From contig NMRA01000022.1 of assembly GCA_002633005.1 (NCBI GenBank), positions 1,565,036 through 1,629,035 on the forward strand: DNA of 64,000 nt, written 5' to 3'. This document shows positions 1 through 12,600 of this stretch, piece after piece (positions within the stretch are counted from its first letter, which is position 1; every line of letters starts with the position of its first letter). The notes under the pieces are model-generated. The model was given only the letters and a program-made list of their open reading frames with translations, did not search any database and was not told where the DNA came from. Source of the stretch: Phoronis australis (lineage: Eukaryota; Animalia; Phoronida). The position numbers were made by a program, and so were the translations under genes.

Positions 1-663
1 CCGACTTTTTCACTCCCTCCGATCTCCTCATCAGCATGTCCATAACACCATTTAACCACAGGTGCTCGAATTTCTCGATGGCTATTAACCATATATAAGA
101 AACATATGTTTTCTTAGTAATGAATGACGTTAGTGGTGATGGAGGAACAGATAAACTCAAGCGCCTGTGCAGTCAACCACAAGAACAAAAAAAATTACGG
201 GTGGTTGCATTTCAAACTTATAAAAAATTACGGGTGGTAGGCAGAAGAAATAAATGAAAAATATGGGTGGTGGGTGCGAAAAAAGGTGCCTTCCCCCCCC
301 CTCCCATACAGATTTTACTGGAACAGCCCTGAGTCAATAATGAGAGATCATTCATTTTAAAAATAATGAATTAGTAATGCAGCATTTCACAGAAGCTACA
401 AACAAACATGGCTCATTTTCAAATATTTCTATCTAGACTTGCGCAGGAAATACTCAGTAGCCTTTGACAAGTTGAATTTTAACAGTAAATATCAACATCA
501 AACTACAAATAAAATATAAAAATGATTGCTCGTAATTTCAACCTATGTGCCTCAGTTGCTAATTAAAATAGCTCCATAAATAATCACACTAGGGGGGATA
601 AATTCGGTGTTGGATACATGAGATAAACAGCATAAAAATAAATAACAACGTGTGATTGGTCAC

Positions 664-3600
664 CTGTTTATAAATGTCCAATAAGGAGACAGAGGCGGGG
701 TTATCTTCTACCAGTCTCATCTGTGGCGAGACGGCTACGACTCGAGGGACAGTGAAATGAAGCAGACGACGAGATGTTTCCTAGAAGCAGACAACAATTC
801 AGGGTATCACACCGCACAAACAGAATAGTCCTTCAGAATTTATTGTCTAATGAAAACACAAACTATCAATTATAGTTCAACGTTCTTTAAAATATTCTTT
901 AAAGCATAAGAAGAAGTAATTTTTCAGTGTTTTGTCTCTTTTGAGGACTTCTTAGGCTCAAAAGAATTGCCAACACAACGAGTATTTTTCTGATGAAAAT
1001 GTAGAATGACACTAGTGCAGAGAGCAGAAACATGTCACAGCAGACACACACGCACATGAATGGTAGTAACACATATCAAGTTTTAGATGACCTTTGACCT
1101 ATAGGCCTGTGACATGCACAGATCATGATCTTGTGTGAGGATAGATAGTCATATACATAGTGAATGTGGTGAATAGGTAAAGAAGCAATGGTCATCCCCA
1201 TCGCAATTCCACACTTAGCAATAGTTTTTTGGTACAAAATGATAGCAGTATGAATAAGATATAACAAATTCTAGCAGGCAGAGGCAGTGACAAGTCCAAT
1301 CAACTTCACTCACCTTCTGTTTGCTCAAAAAGTGGTTTAACATCCTCAGTAGTTGCAAAACTCTCTCCTCACGTCTCGACTCTGACAGACACGCATCATT
1401 AACCACAAGGTAAGGGTAGATCTTCCCATTGTGTCCTCGGATGTACAGTCGTCGAGCAGCTGTGTTGTGCTTCTGAACAATCTCAACACGAGGCATGAAA
1501 CGGGCGATACGGACGTAGTAGTTACCCAACTGAAATGGAGATAATGCAAGAAATGTTACCTTAGAATTGAATTGATCCATTGAAAGTTACAACAGAGATA
1601 ATGAAGGAATTAAAGTTATGTTTCAAAGGAATTCTCAGAAATTCACTTCACAATTCACTCAAATGGCACACAAAAGCACGGAATGTTGTTAATGTTGATA
1701 GGTAATTTATTCACTAAAAGTGCACAATATGATGGAAAATTTTCACCTCTACTACTAGCAAGATTTTTCAGCAAATTTCTCGTAAAATAAAACCATGAAA
1801 TTTTCTTTCAAAAAATACAAAGAATGAGTACGTGGCCATTTTTTAGATCAGTCGAACTATAGCAAGCTCAAGTTTTCATTTGGGATCAGAAGACTTAAAT
1901 AAGATCATAAAGCAAACCCTTAATTCAAATGCAAATATCAAGACATAGACTAGTACTATAATATTGTCAAAAATCCTGCATCACACTAGAATGCAGAGAC
2001 AAATAACCTGCATCACACTAGAATGCAGTGACAGACACCCTACATCACACTAGAATCCACTGATACACATCCTGGATAACACTGAAATGCAGTGACAAAG
2101 AGCAAAGTCCTCCTTAGCTTCACAACAACGTGTTACCTTGGGCAAGAGGAACTCTCCAGGCAGCTCCACTTCAGCTGTGTTGAGTGAAAAATTGCTGAGA
2201 AACCTGCACTTTTCTTCGATCAAGAATGACTTGGGCAGCAGTTTGGTCTTGGCTTCAAGTATCTTAATCCATTTCTTCAGTTTATTGATCAGATTATGCA
2301 GCTTAGTCGAGCCAGGAACACTGGTGAAGAAGAAAATGTTGAGTACAGTGTAAGCCACACATAGTGCACCTGTCCAATACATAACAACATGTATGACTAA
2401 CTCTTGTGTTAGGAATTACACTAAGCCTTTAAAATTGTATCGGAAATGCGAAAATTTTAGTTTCTCACTTTTTTAAAAGAGATAACTCGCCTAAGCAAAG
2501 GAAAACTGATGAGAGACTTGACTTTGTTCTTAATTATAATCATCTCTATCATCTCTTACAAAAACATGGTTTTTCAAACTTTGCAAACTAGTGCTTGCGT
2601 CCCCTTGTGCACCATTACATTTGCGAGGGGGAGGGGCTGTTTTACTTTTTTAGTCAGTGAGACTTCACCTTCATGACTGCATAATCTTGGGTCCGTACAG
2701 AAAAACAAAACTATCAAATCTCACCTGAAATCAAAGTCCGTGGTGAACTGACTCTTCATTCGCTGGAACACTGGGTCCTGGGCTGTCGCCTGTGCCCGCC
2801 GCGCCAATGACTCAGAGGCAGCGCTAGAAAATGTGGTGCTAACACTCGACACATTCTCGATGCCGACACCAAAAGTACTAACGAGCTTCTTCACAAAATT
2901 AAGAGTGTGTGGAGTGATGGTGGCATCCGTTACTACAATAGGAAGTTAAGAAAACCGTGGTATGACATAACGTGAAATATTAGCATCACATTGCCTGAAC
3001 ATATCATGACTAAAAGCACACTAAGTCTGACTATACTAAGAAATAGGCGATGGCAGCTACATTTAGGGTAAAAAGTGTCCAATGTAGGACAATGTTCATA
3101 AAGACTTCTTAAATTATATCCTTTACTTTTTTCCGCAACAATGTACCATGCTCATTACGCCATATATCAGATGTCAATTCATTTGTCATATAGTGTTTGA
3201 TTTTTCTTTATTTCTGTTTCTGTTGACGAGGGATGTTATTATACCCAAAAATTTCAGTGATCCATTTTTGTTACGTAAAGTATAAAAGGCATGCTAAAAC
3301 ATGTGCAAGAAGCATGATTAATTTGCCCTCTTTCTGGTGACTCTTGAATTTGGGGCTATTCAATATTTCTAAGATTTAGTACAAGCTCCAGCTTCAAGCA
3401 AAGTAATTCATTTTCATTGTCCCAAATTGAAGAATTTTCACCCAAAGCATCATCTGCTGAAGCATTAGAAGCTGTTACTTTTACCTCAGGCATGTTTCAG
3501 ACTAGTTTTCCAAAACAGTTGATGATTATCTCATAGAAGTGTATCTGCAAAAAATCCTAATTTCAAAATGAATGAGTGTTATTGGATTCCTTTTGGATTT

Positions 3601-6600
3601 TCCAAATAACTTAGATGAAGCTAAATAAACTTCCATTGCTCGTAATTGTTACTATATAATTTCAGCCATTGCTTAGACACTCCTCCAGACAATCTTAATT
3701 TACTGCTGACCTGCGCCACGGTTCTCAAAGGCCACTGCGTAACACTTCGCCAGTCCCTGCCTCAGCTGCCGTAGGACCTCCTCGTACCAGTTCTCACGGA
3801 ACCAAACCATCTAAACACAAGAAAGTAACAATGAGAACAACTGTACGGGCAAATTTAGAGTAACATCTTAGTTCTAGGTCAACTAAACCTAAAACAAAAT
3901 TAAGCAGTGTAAGGAAAAGTTAATGATCACAAAGGATGGGTATACTATTGAACAAAAAATCAGTAATTTGTTGAGAAAATCGTTATCACCAGATATATAA
4001 ATATCATTAAATCTAACTTCAATCTGTATCAAAATTACATATTTATTTTCACTCAATTTCATAATAATGAAAATACATAATTTACTAAAAAATAAACAAA
4101 AAACGAAGTAAATTTTGTCATGTGAACCACTAACCCTTCACCACTCACCTGGTCGACGATTCCCTCAAGTGAAGACAGTATAGTGGGGTGAAGGTCACGC
4201 TGCATGTGCATAATACGACTGCACCGCCACATTGGTGCCGTGGCCCGGATTGGTCCAGCGTCCGATTGGCTGGCCGACATGCTCTGAGAAGCACCAAGAG
4301 AGGTGGAGCTCGAGAAGCTCATAGTGGAGCCAGAGGTGATGGGTGCTACAGAAGATAATTTTAAATTTAATTTTAATAAACATAATTTTTGCATTCAGTG
4401 CTACAAAAACAATGAGATATATCTAATTTACTAGCAAAATAAAAATTAATTGAGAAGGCATGAATTTGGCTAAAGCTCAACTGGTACTGGCTGATAATTA
4501 CACCTCATATCTTGACAATTCAAGTTCAATTCTCAAACACCTTTTAAAAAGTGTTTCAAGCACCCAGAGAAGTACAAATTAATCAAATGATCAAATCGAG
4601 ACATTATGAACTTGAAGTTATGTAGGAGTTTATCGACTAATCTGACAGCGTGTATTTAGCTGAATATTTGCAAATCTATAGATTTTACCTCAGTACACTA
4701 GACGTATATAATTTCTGAAAGCAGAAAGCTTTAGAATGCTATGTTTAACTTGACGCCATTTTTGAGAACTTCTAAATTTGCTGAATTTGGTGATATTTGA
4801 GGGTCATACATAGCCACAAGGCAATTTAGATTGTCTTAATATTCCCTCCCTCAAATATGAAAACAAAGCAGTAGTTCCATTTAAATAGTAATTCACCCAA
4901 AATATCCCAATCTACCCACCTGCAGCAGTAGTGGATGGAGATTCTGAGGTCGTTACCAAGGTGTCCATTGCCGTAGTAACACTAGTTATCATGGCAGAAG
5001 TTGACGTTGTTGCCACAGTAGTAGTGGCTGTGGACACGGCAGTCACTTGAGGACTACCACTACGACCACTAGTTGTAGCAGAGACCTCTCCACTCTTATC
5101 TGGATAAAAGAATGCACAGAGTTCTTTTGTTACATCTTGTAGAATCATTTAGTAAATTAAGGCACGTTTTTAATAAAATTGCAAGACCAACAAATCCTCA
5201 GAAGTTATCGGGCAACTGAATGTGCTTACAATTTTGTAGCACAGGGAACTGAGGGTTAAAGGTTAAAATGGTACAATTACAAGGTATAATTAAGTCGTGG
5301 TTTCAAGTCACAGCTGAAAACTCGGTGGTACCTTTATAGTTTTAGCAGGAGACTACAGTACATCTGAAGGTCAAAACTGAGAAAAAGTAATGGAGTCTCC
5401 TACTGAAACTGCCAAGTTATTGTCAATGTTGTGACAGCTCTGTGACATTCGATATTCTTACAAGACAAACCATGATCAATAGCGCTCACAAGTGCACACT
5501 ACTTACATCTCTCCCGCTGCTCAATTTTCAGTGTCAGATAGAGCGTCCTGATAGGGAAGTATACAGCCTGGGGGTACATACGACCCACTTGACTAAGCAG
5601 GTTCAGGATGAGCCGCCCCTCGTTACGGACGAGGCACGTCAACAACTGCGGGATCCTGGGAGAAAACACAGGCAACTGATACCAAGGAAAGACCACAGAG
5701 ACACAAGCTGATTTGACTAAAATGAAAATCATTAATGCAAACAAAATGTTTATTCCTATACAGTAATTATAGTGAGAACCCAATTTTACCATGGAAGCCA
5801 TTGTATGGCATTTACTTCCACACTGTACTCTACTCCCACACATAACTTGTACTACCACACAGTACCTGTACTTCTTCACAGTACTTGCACTCCTACAAAG
5901 TACTTGTACACCCACAAAGTACTTGACCAACACATCATACTTGTACTCTCACACAACACTATACTCTGCCATTCCATTTGTACTATCACAAAGCACTTGA
6001 ACCCAGACCCCAACCTTACCAAGGTAGTAACTGTACGTCACATACTCCCACATGGTACCTGTACTCCAACACAGTACTTGTACTTCTACACAGTACTTGT
6101 ACTAAGAGCCTAACCTCACCATGGTAGCCACTGGACAACATGTACTCCTACACAGTACTTGTATTCCAACACAGTACTTGTACCCCACATACTACTTGTA
6201 CTAAGGCCCAGCTTACCATGGTAGCCACTGTACAGCATGTACTCCTACACAGTACTTGTCCACAGCCTCGGCCAGGGATGACTTCTCATCATCGTAGGTA
6301 AGTAGCCAGAGTACCTTGGCTAGGTACTTACGAGACTTGCCCTCATTCTGATGTCTACAGGAGTGCAGGTAACAGGTGATGGCCGACACTCCCAAGCTGA
6401 TGGTCCTGTAATGTGGTGTACTGCTTTGTTGAAACTATACAATAATGAATTTTTAGGTACCATTGATGACAATCATCAGTTCTGTCATATTTTCAGTTCA
6501 AAGTGAGAAAATCTTGATTTTCAACAACAACAACCAAAAACTTCTCAAGACACTCAGTCACTTTTATGCAAACAGAAAAAAATTGAAAAATGAGAAACCA

Positions 6601-9600
6601 AAACAGCAATGAGTATGTTTAATGCTTATGCATAACATACATACATACATACATACAGAACAAGACCTCCTTTGTTAGTCAATTTCATATTCAAGGTAAT
6701 GCGCCAACACTTCGCAAATATGATATGGGAGGTGAATCCACCACTAAATCTTGAAAGGAAAAATCTTCCTACAGTTAGATATCACAGTATTCTTGCAACT
6801 CAGCCTCGTCAATTACACCGACTTTAAATGCTATAAAAGTTCATTGATTTGAAAACACGCCTACTCACTTCTCGCGGGTGAACAGTGCCTCTAGATAATC
6901 CCCCCACAGAGCCCAGGCCTTGACCAAAGTGTCATTCATCTGGACTGCGGCTGAAAATGCTTTGTTAGCATCATCCGATCTGGAAGTGAATGAGCTGAAT
7001 CAGCTTTCAGATTATTGAAAACTTTTATATTTACAAAACCACACCAACATCAGCATCATTGCATCGTAATATACAGAGAACCTATCAAGTGGAGTAACTG
7101 CACAAGCAACTACGTTTGAGTTGTGACTTATTACATGACAAATTACAACCAGAAACACATTCTTCTAAGGACAAAGTCCGTAATAGCGATATGACCAGCA
7201 AGCTTATTGTCATACTTTTGACGAGTACAGGAAGCCAAATGTGTCACAGCTTCAACACACATGTACTCAGCTACAGCTGCAATGTGAGATTACTAAACAG
7301 GAAGGGATGGGGATTGTGTCCTATGCCATGCATGCCAGATACTCACAAACGGCTAATATCTGTCAAGATTTTGTCCAGATTTATTTGAAGTGAAGCCGGT
7401 TCTGGTTGAAAAGAATGAATAATTAGTAATTTATTGTCATGTACACTGAAATTTTGTTGAATTTTAACCTCGTCCAGTTTATTTTGAAGATTACTGTACG
7501 AAATCAACAGCAAATTCTCCATGGCGGAAACAATAAGCTAGTCAAAAAATACCACTAAGTGTAGCAGTTGTCAGCAACAAAAACCCACCTTCCAATCTGA
7601 GCAAGGAACATCCCCTTGAGAGCATAAAACTCAGCAGTCATTTCTTTTGTGAAAAACTTGAGGTTCGTCGACTCGATCACTTCGAGTCCTTCTTGAAGTT
7701 CATTCTTTCCCATCACTCCTGCCATCTGCAGGTAACATTTGACTTGTTGACGAATCTTTTCGAAACAGTCGACGATAGGGACACTGGGAATGGTGTGGAT
7801 TCTGCAAATGAAATGACCACTTTTCTTCTGAATCAGTACATTTTCAAGATATTCAATAATTATTATACAACCTACTATTAAATAAAAAAAAATGTCCTTC
7901 AGCAAGATCCGCATTTGATAACGAGCAAGTCTATGTCCACAGGTGACACTTTGTCACACATTTTTCGTTGATAAGCCCACCCTGTATGTCGATAGGTCTG
8001 CCATAGCTGTATGTTGACAGGCCCATCCTGTATGTCAATAGGTCTGCTCTGGCTGAATGTTGATAGGGCACCTTGTATGCTGATAGGCTCACCCTGTATG
8101 AATGTGCACTCTGGTATGCTTCAGAGGGACAAGTCAGGACTGATGACAATTTCCAATTATACACACAGGGGCTTATGGACTTTTACAAACAACAAAGGAA
8201 TTATGGACAGAGCTGAGGTTTTATCAATCATACATATTGTAGTGTTACTAGCGCCACCTACCTGCTGAGGGAGTCAAGACAGACTCCAGTGAGGCTGTGT
8301 TTCCTTGCCACCTTGCCATAATGAATGATGGCCTGGGCTGACGCATGAACGCCCAGCATTGATTGGTTAGACTGTTGCTGAAACAGATTTAACAACCATT
8401 AGCAATTCATGGATATCTTAGTTAGTTTTCAACAACGATGAATCTCAACAAACATTGCATGCAAAGGATAACACATCCATGCCTGAGTACATTGTGTTTC
8501 ACACACCGTTAGATGGGTTTCTAGTCCAAAGTCTCACTTAATGACCTCTTGACTTGAGCTACAAACTCAAGATCTCGAGTTCAGGGACACCAAGAGCAAA
8601 CTAGGATTAGTTGGTCAACCACATAAACCATAGTTTACTCAAGCACAGACACTTATCCTGATTTTCTTTTAAGTTATGTTAACAGTAGTAAATGTCAAAA
8701 AATATTTTTTGAGAACAAATATTAAATTCCAGGCCAGACTTCATTGCCTATGGTTCGAACATTGATGGACAGCTCCTTCGTTACCCATTAATAACACTTA
8801 CCAAATCGTTGTGTTTCTCATAGTAATCGACAATACACTGATAATGGTGCTGACGCCAGGTGAAGATGTCACTCCAGTGAGACAGATCGTCAGAGATCAT
8901 GGGCAGCCTGTTGCGCCACGTCTTAACAATGGCCTTCATATCATGCAAGCTGGAGCTGCGACCAATGTTGGCTGGCTGTAGACCCTGGTTAATCTGGGAT
9001 GCCTCCTGTAGCTCCATGATCTGTTGGGCAGCCTGCAACAGGGAAAGCAGTGAATGGAAGGACAACAAGTTAGAAAGCAATGGGATGGATTGTGACAAGA
9101 GCTCTTGTCAAGAATCCAGTCACGTTCAGTGTTGGCCTTATGCAAACAACATTTCTCACACTGAAGTCATGACCATATTATCGTTGCAACAAAACTGTCT
9201 GAGTTGTTAAGACGATGTTCAGGCACAAAGAAAAGGAAAAAATGTTGGGATCAATTAAAGTCCCTTACTATGGAACAGGTCAATGATAAAGAACAAAAGG
9301 TCGACAAATTCCATAGTAGCCACATTGCACTGGACCACAATTTTGTAGTTCCTCTAAACATCGTTCTCATAGCCATGATACTGAATGAGATACCTGCAGC
9401 AGTGGCACATGGACATGGGACACTATACTAGGTAGTCGCCTCCACTCCTTTATCGCCATGTTGCTGGACACTTCCACCAACTTCTCAACCATGTTCAGGT
9501 GATGGTCTTCAGGGTGACATATGGCAATGTAGCCACGATACAAGTTGATCTTCCACGCCATCTCTTTAGGCCAGCTCAGCTCCACCTGCAGACAGATGGA

Positions 9601-12600
9601 AAGAACTGAGAGCCAATAAAGCAAACAACCCTTCTGTTAAAAAATAATTGTAAATTTAGTCAAAGTTTTCAGCATTGTCTGCAATACAACAAGCAGCCTA
9701 CAGGTGACAGCTTGAGAAACACACGGTGACACCTCCTAGTTAGTCAGATCTTACACACCAACAAATGTGTACTGTCACTTCTAAGTCACAGTACACGACT
9801 GAGCAATTCTGTGTGGTTCACAAAGTAATCCATTTTAATTAAGATGCCCCAAATGCACCCATAAGGCCACAACACAAGCAAATGGACTCTGAAAAATGGA
9901 CAACAATTAAACTCCAGCGTCTCCAGAGAAAGGCTATTTCCATTATCATGATGCAACTCTTAAAAGTGTCAGTTGTATAAGCACACTAAACTTCCACCAG
10001 CTGCAAGAGAAAGCGATACCCTTTCAATTCTCGATCTTGAATTCCTGCTGCCAGACTTACATGTAGCTGTGCCAATGAATCCTTCATCAAGGCCCATTCA
10101 GGGACCCTCCAGGCGCTTTCCAACACCAAGTGTGGGTTGGGGTTACCCTTGTTGCTGGCAAAGTCCAGAATGAGGTCCCACTGGTTAAGTTCCTTTGCAC
10201 ACCTGGGCAAACAATAACTGTATTACAGGTTAGAAAAGAAATAGCTAAGGATTATGGAGCCAAAATTACGTTTCAAAATTCCCTATTGATTAATTCCCAA
10301 GTCACAAAAAATCCAAGGTCAATCCATTGGGATCTTAAGTTATCAAAGAAATGACATAACACATAGTACATCTCAACAGCAAGAAGCAATGAACACAGAA
10401 ACACATTACCTAATCCAATGGTTCTCCCACAGTTTAAATTCTGGAAATGTTGTTGGCACAACAGAGCCTGTATTGAGTTCCTGCCTGGCCTCTGCCATTA
10501 CAGCCTCCAGTGTGGTCTGAGCCTGCTCAAAGAAGCCATGCTGCTCGTACGCCAGGGCTACGTTTGTTCTAGGGTACTTGGAGCGCTTCAACCACAACCC
10601 GACTAGCATATCCTCCTCCTTCAGTAAAGAGTAGACCTCGCTGAGCATGTCAAAAGTCTCCTGGAAACAACCCAACACATCGCATAAAGGCCTGAATTAG
10701 AGTTCAATGGGTTTGGACAAACCAGAATTTAAAATGCTAAAGTTGTGTTCATCTACTTCTCAACTTCATTACAACACAGCACAACTTCTAGATAAATTTT
10801 TAATTTTAATGGATTCCAAACACAATGACAGATGGGGGTTGCATTAATCGTGCAATCACGATAATCAAAACCTGACTAAAAACCTGCTTTTCATTAATAA
10901 ACAATACATGCTATCACCACCGCAATGCACAACACTGTAACTGCATGAGACTGTACCACAGGCTTTATTTACCTCACGCACTATATTGACAGCAAGGTGT
11001 GGTGTCTCCATGGTAGCAATCAAAATTCCTGTACTTACTTGGACTGGTGACTGTGAAGGTGGTTCAAATTCATACTCGCTAGCAGGCTGTTTCAATTTCA
11101 ACTGGTTGGCAGCGCCATTGTCCAATGCCAAGTGTTCCAGCAAGAGTACAGTACGATGCCAGAGGTTGTGTGTTTTGCCCAAGTACTGAAACAGGAAACG
11201 TTCAAGACACTATCTGATGGCCAACACAGTCACGCTTAAACAGGAGTTATCCAAGAGGCTATCAGACGGCCGAAACACTGTGCTCAAGAAAGTATCAGAC
11301 GCCCAATAACAGCTGTGTTGAAATAGATGTCCATGAGGCTATCAGACAGCCAATATATTTGCATTAAAAAGACTTAAACAACAGTGGAGAATTATTATTT
11401 CACCCTTGCACAACATACATTTTTCATAACTAAGGACCTTACTTTCACAATTCATTATTTCTGTACTTGACAACAAACTTGACTGTTTCCAGATTCCAAA
11501 TCAAAAGGCATGTGTTTGACAAGATACTACGTCACATTTTACGAATTTCAAAGAAGCACAAACAGAGTTGAATAGCAACAGCGAGAGCCACTGATGATAA
11601 AATAATGTAGTGTCCCAGTGGTGATGCTCAAATCTCTTATAGTGGTCATCATTATAAGAATAATACTCAATACTTTTGTGTGCAAGGCATACTTACAAAA
11701 GTGCACAGGCAGTTTTCTCATTTTAGGGCATTATTAAAATAATGTTGTTACTTGTGCTACGATGTATGCTACACAGAGGTACATCCCTGATCATTGACAG
11801 GTGTGTACAACAACCTCACCTTGAGAACACATGGCCGTATGGGTATGGCAGGGACACAAGCAGACAGACCCTCCAGAAAGGAGTGGATGGCGCTGGGGTG
11901 ACAGTCTTTCTGGATCACATGACTACCACTGCAGAGGAATGGCACCAACTCACTGGCCAGGCCCTAGGAGAAACACATTTTTGACAGCAGAATAAAGATA
12001 TGTAAATAAAATACGTAAATATATCAGATGTCAATTGTCATATAGTGTTTGATTTTACTTTATTTCTGTTTCTGTTGAAGAAGGATGTTAATATATCTGA
12101 AAATTTCAGTGATCCATTTTTTGTTGTTTTATTTACATATATTAATCTTTTCGACAAACAAGAGTATTCTTTAGAGGATCTGGATCGCCTCTTTTAGTTT
12201 CGGATTTATTTTCTACGTTATTTGCCACCCGAGAAACGACTTAATTACAGCAGCTGTCATACAGATTGCAGATGTTACATAATTTGTAACGAGGCTGCAG
12301 CTTTAAAATGTGACAAAATGAAATCTTGCCTCCAACAGTAACCTTCATAACATATTTAAAAAGCTCATCAAGTTAATCTATGATTCGCCACCACTTATGT
12401 CCAGATTAGTATCTGTTATTTTGACCTAGTAAATTCATTTCGAACACAACTGTGAGCAACTTTTCTTGCCTGTTAGTTCCATGACCAAAACAAAACCAGT
12501 CGACTTTCCTGATGTTTCCACTCTTTTGAATAACTACAGTGGTAGCAGAAAGCTTTACAAACTTACGTGTTGTTGTCTATCAGACAGAATCTTCCACATC

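Noticed and set aside
5499-5933. 144-aa ORF suggesting an extended exon
   Set aside because: The N-terminal part is translated duplication-derived repeat; the real exon is 5507-5655.
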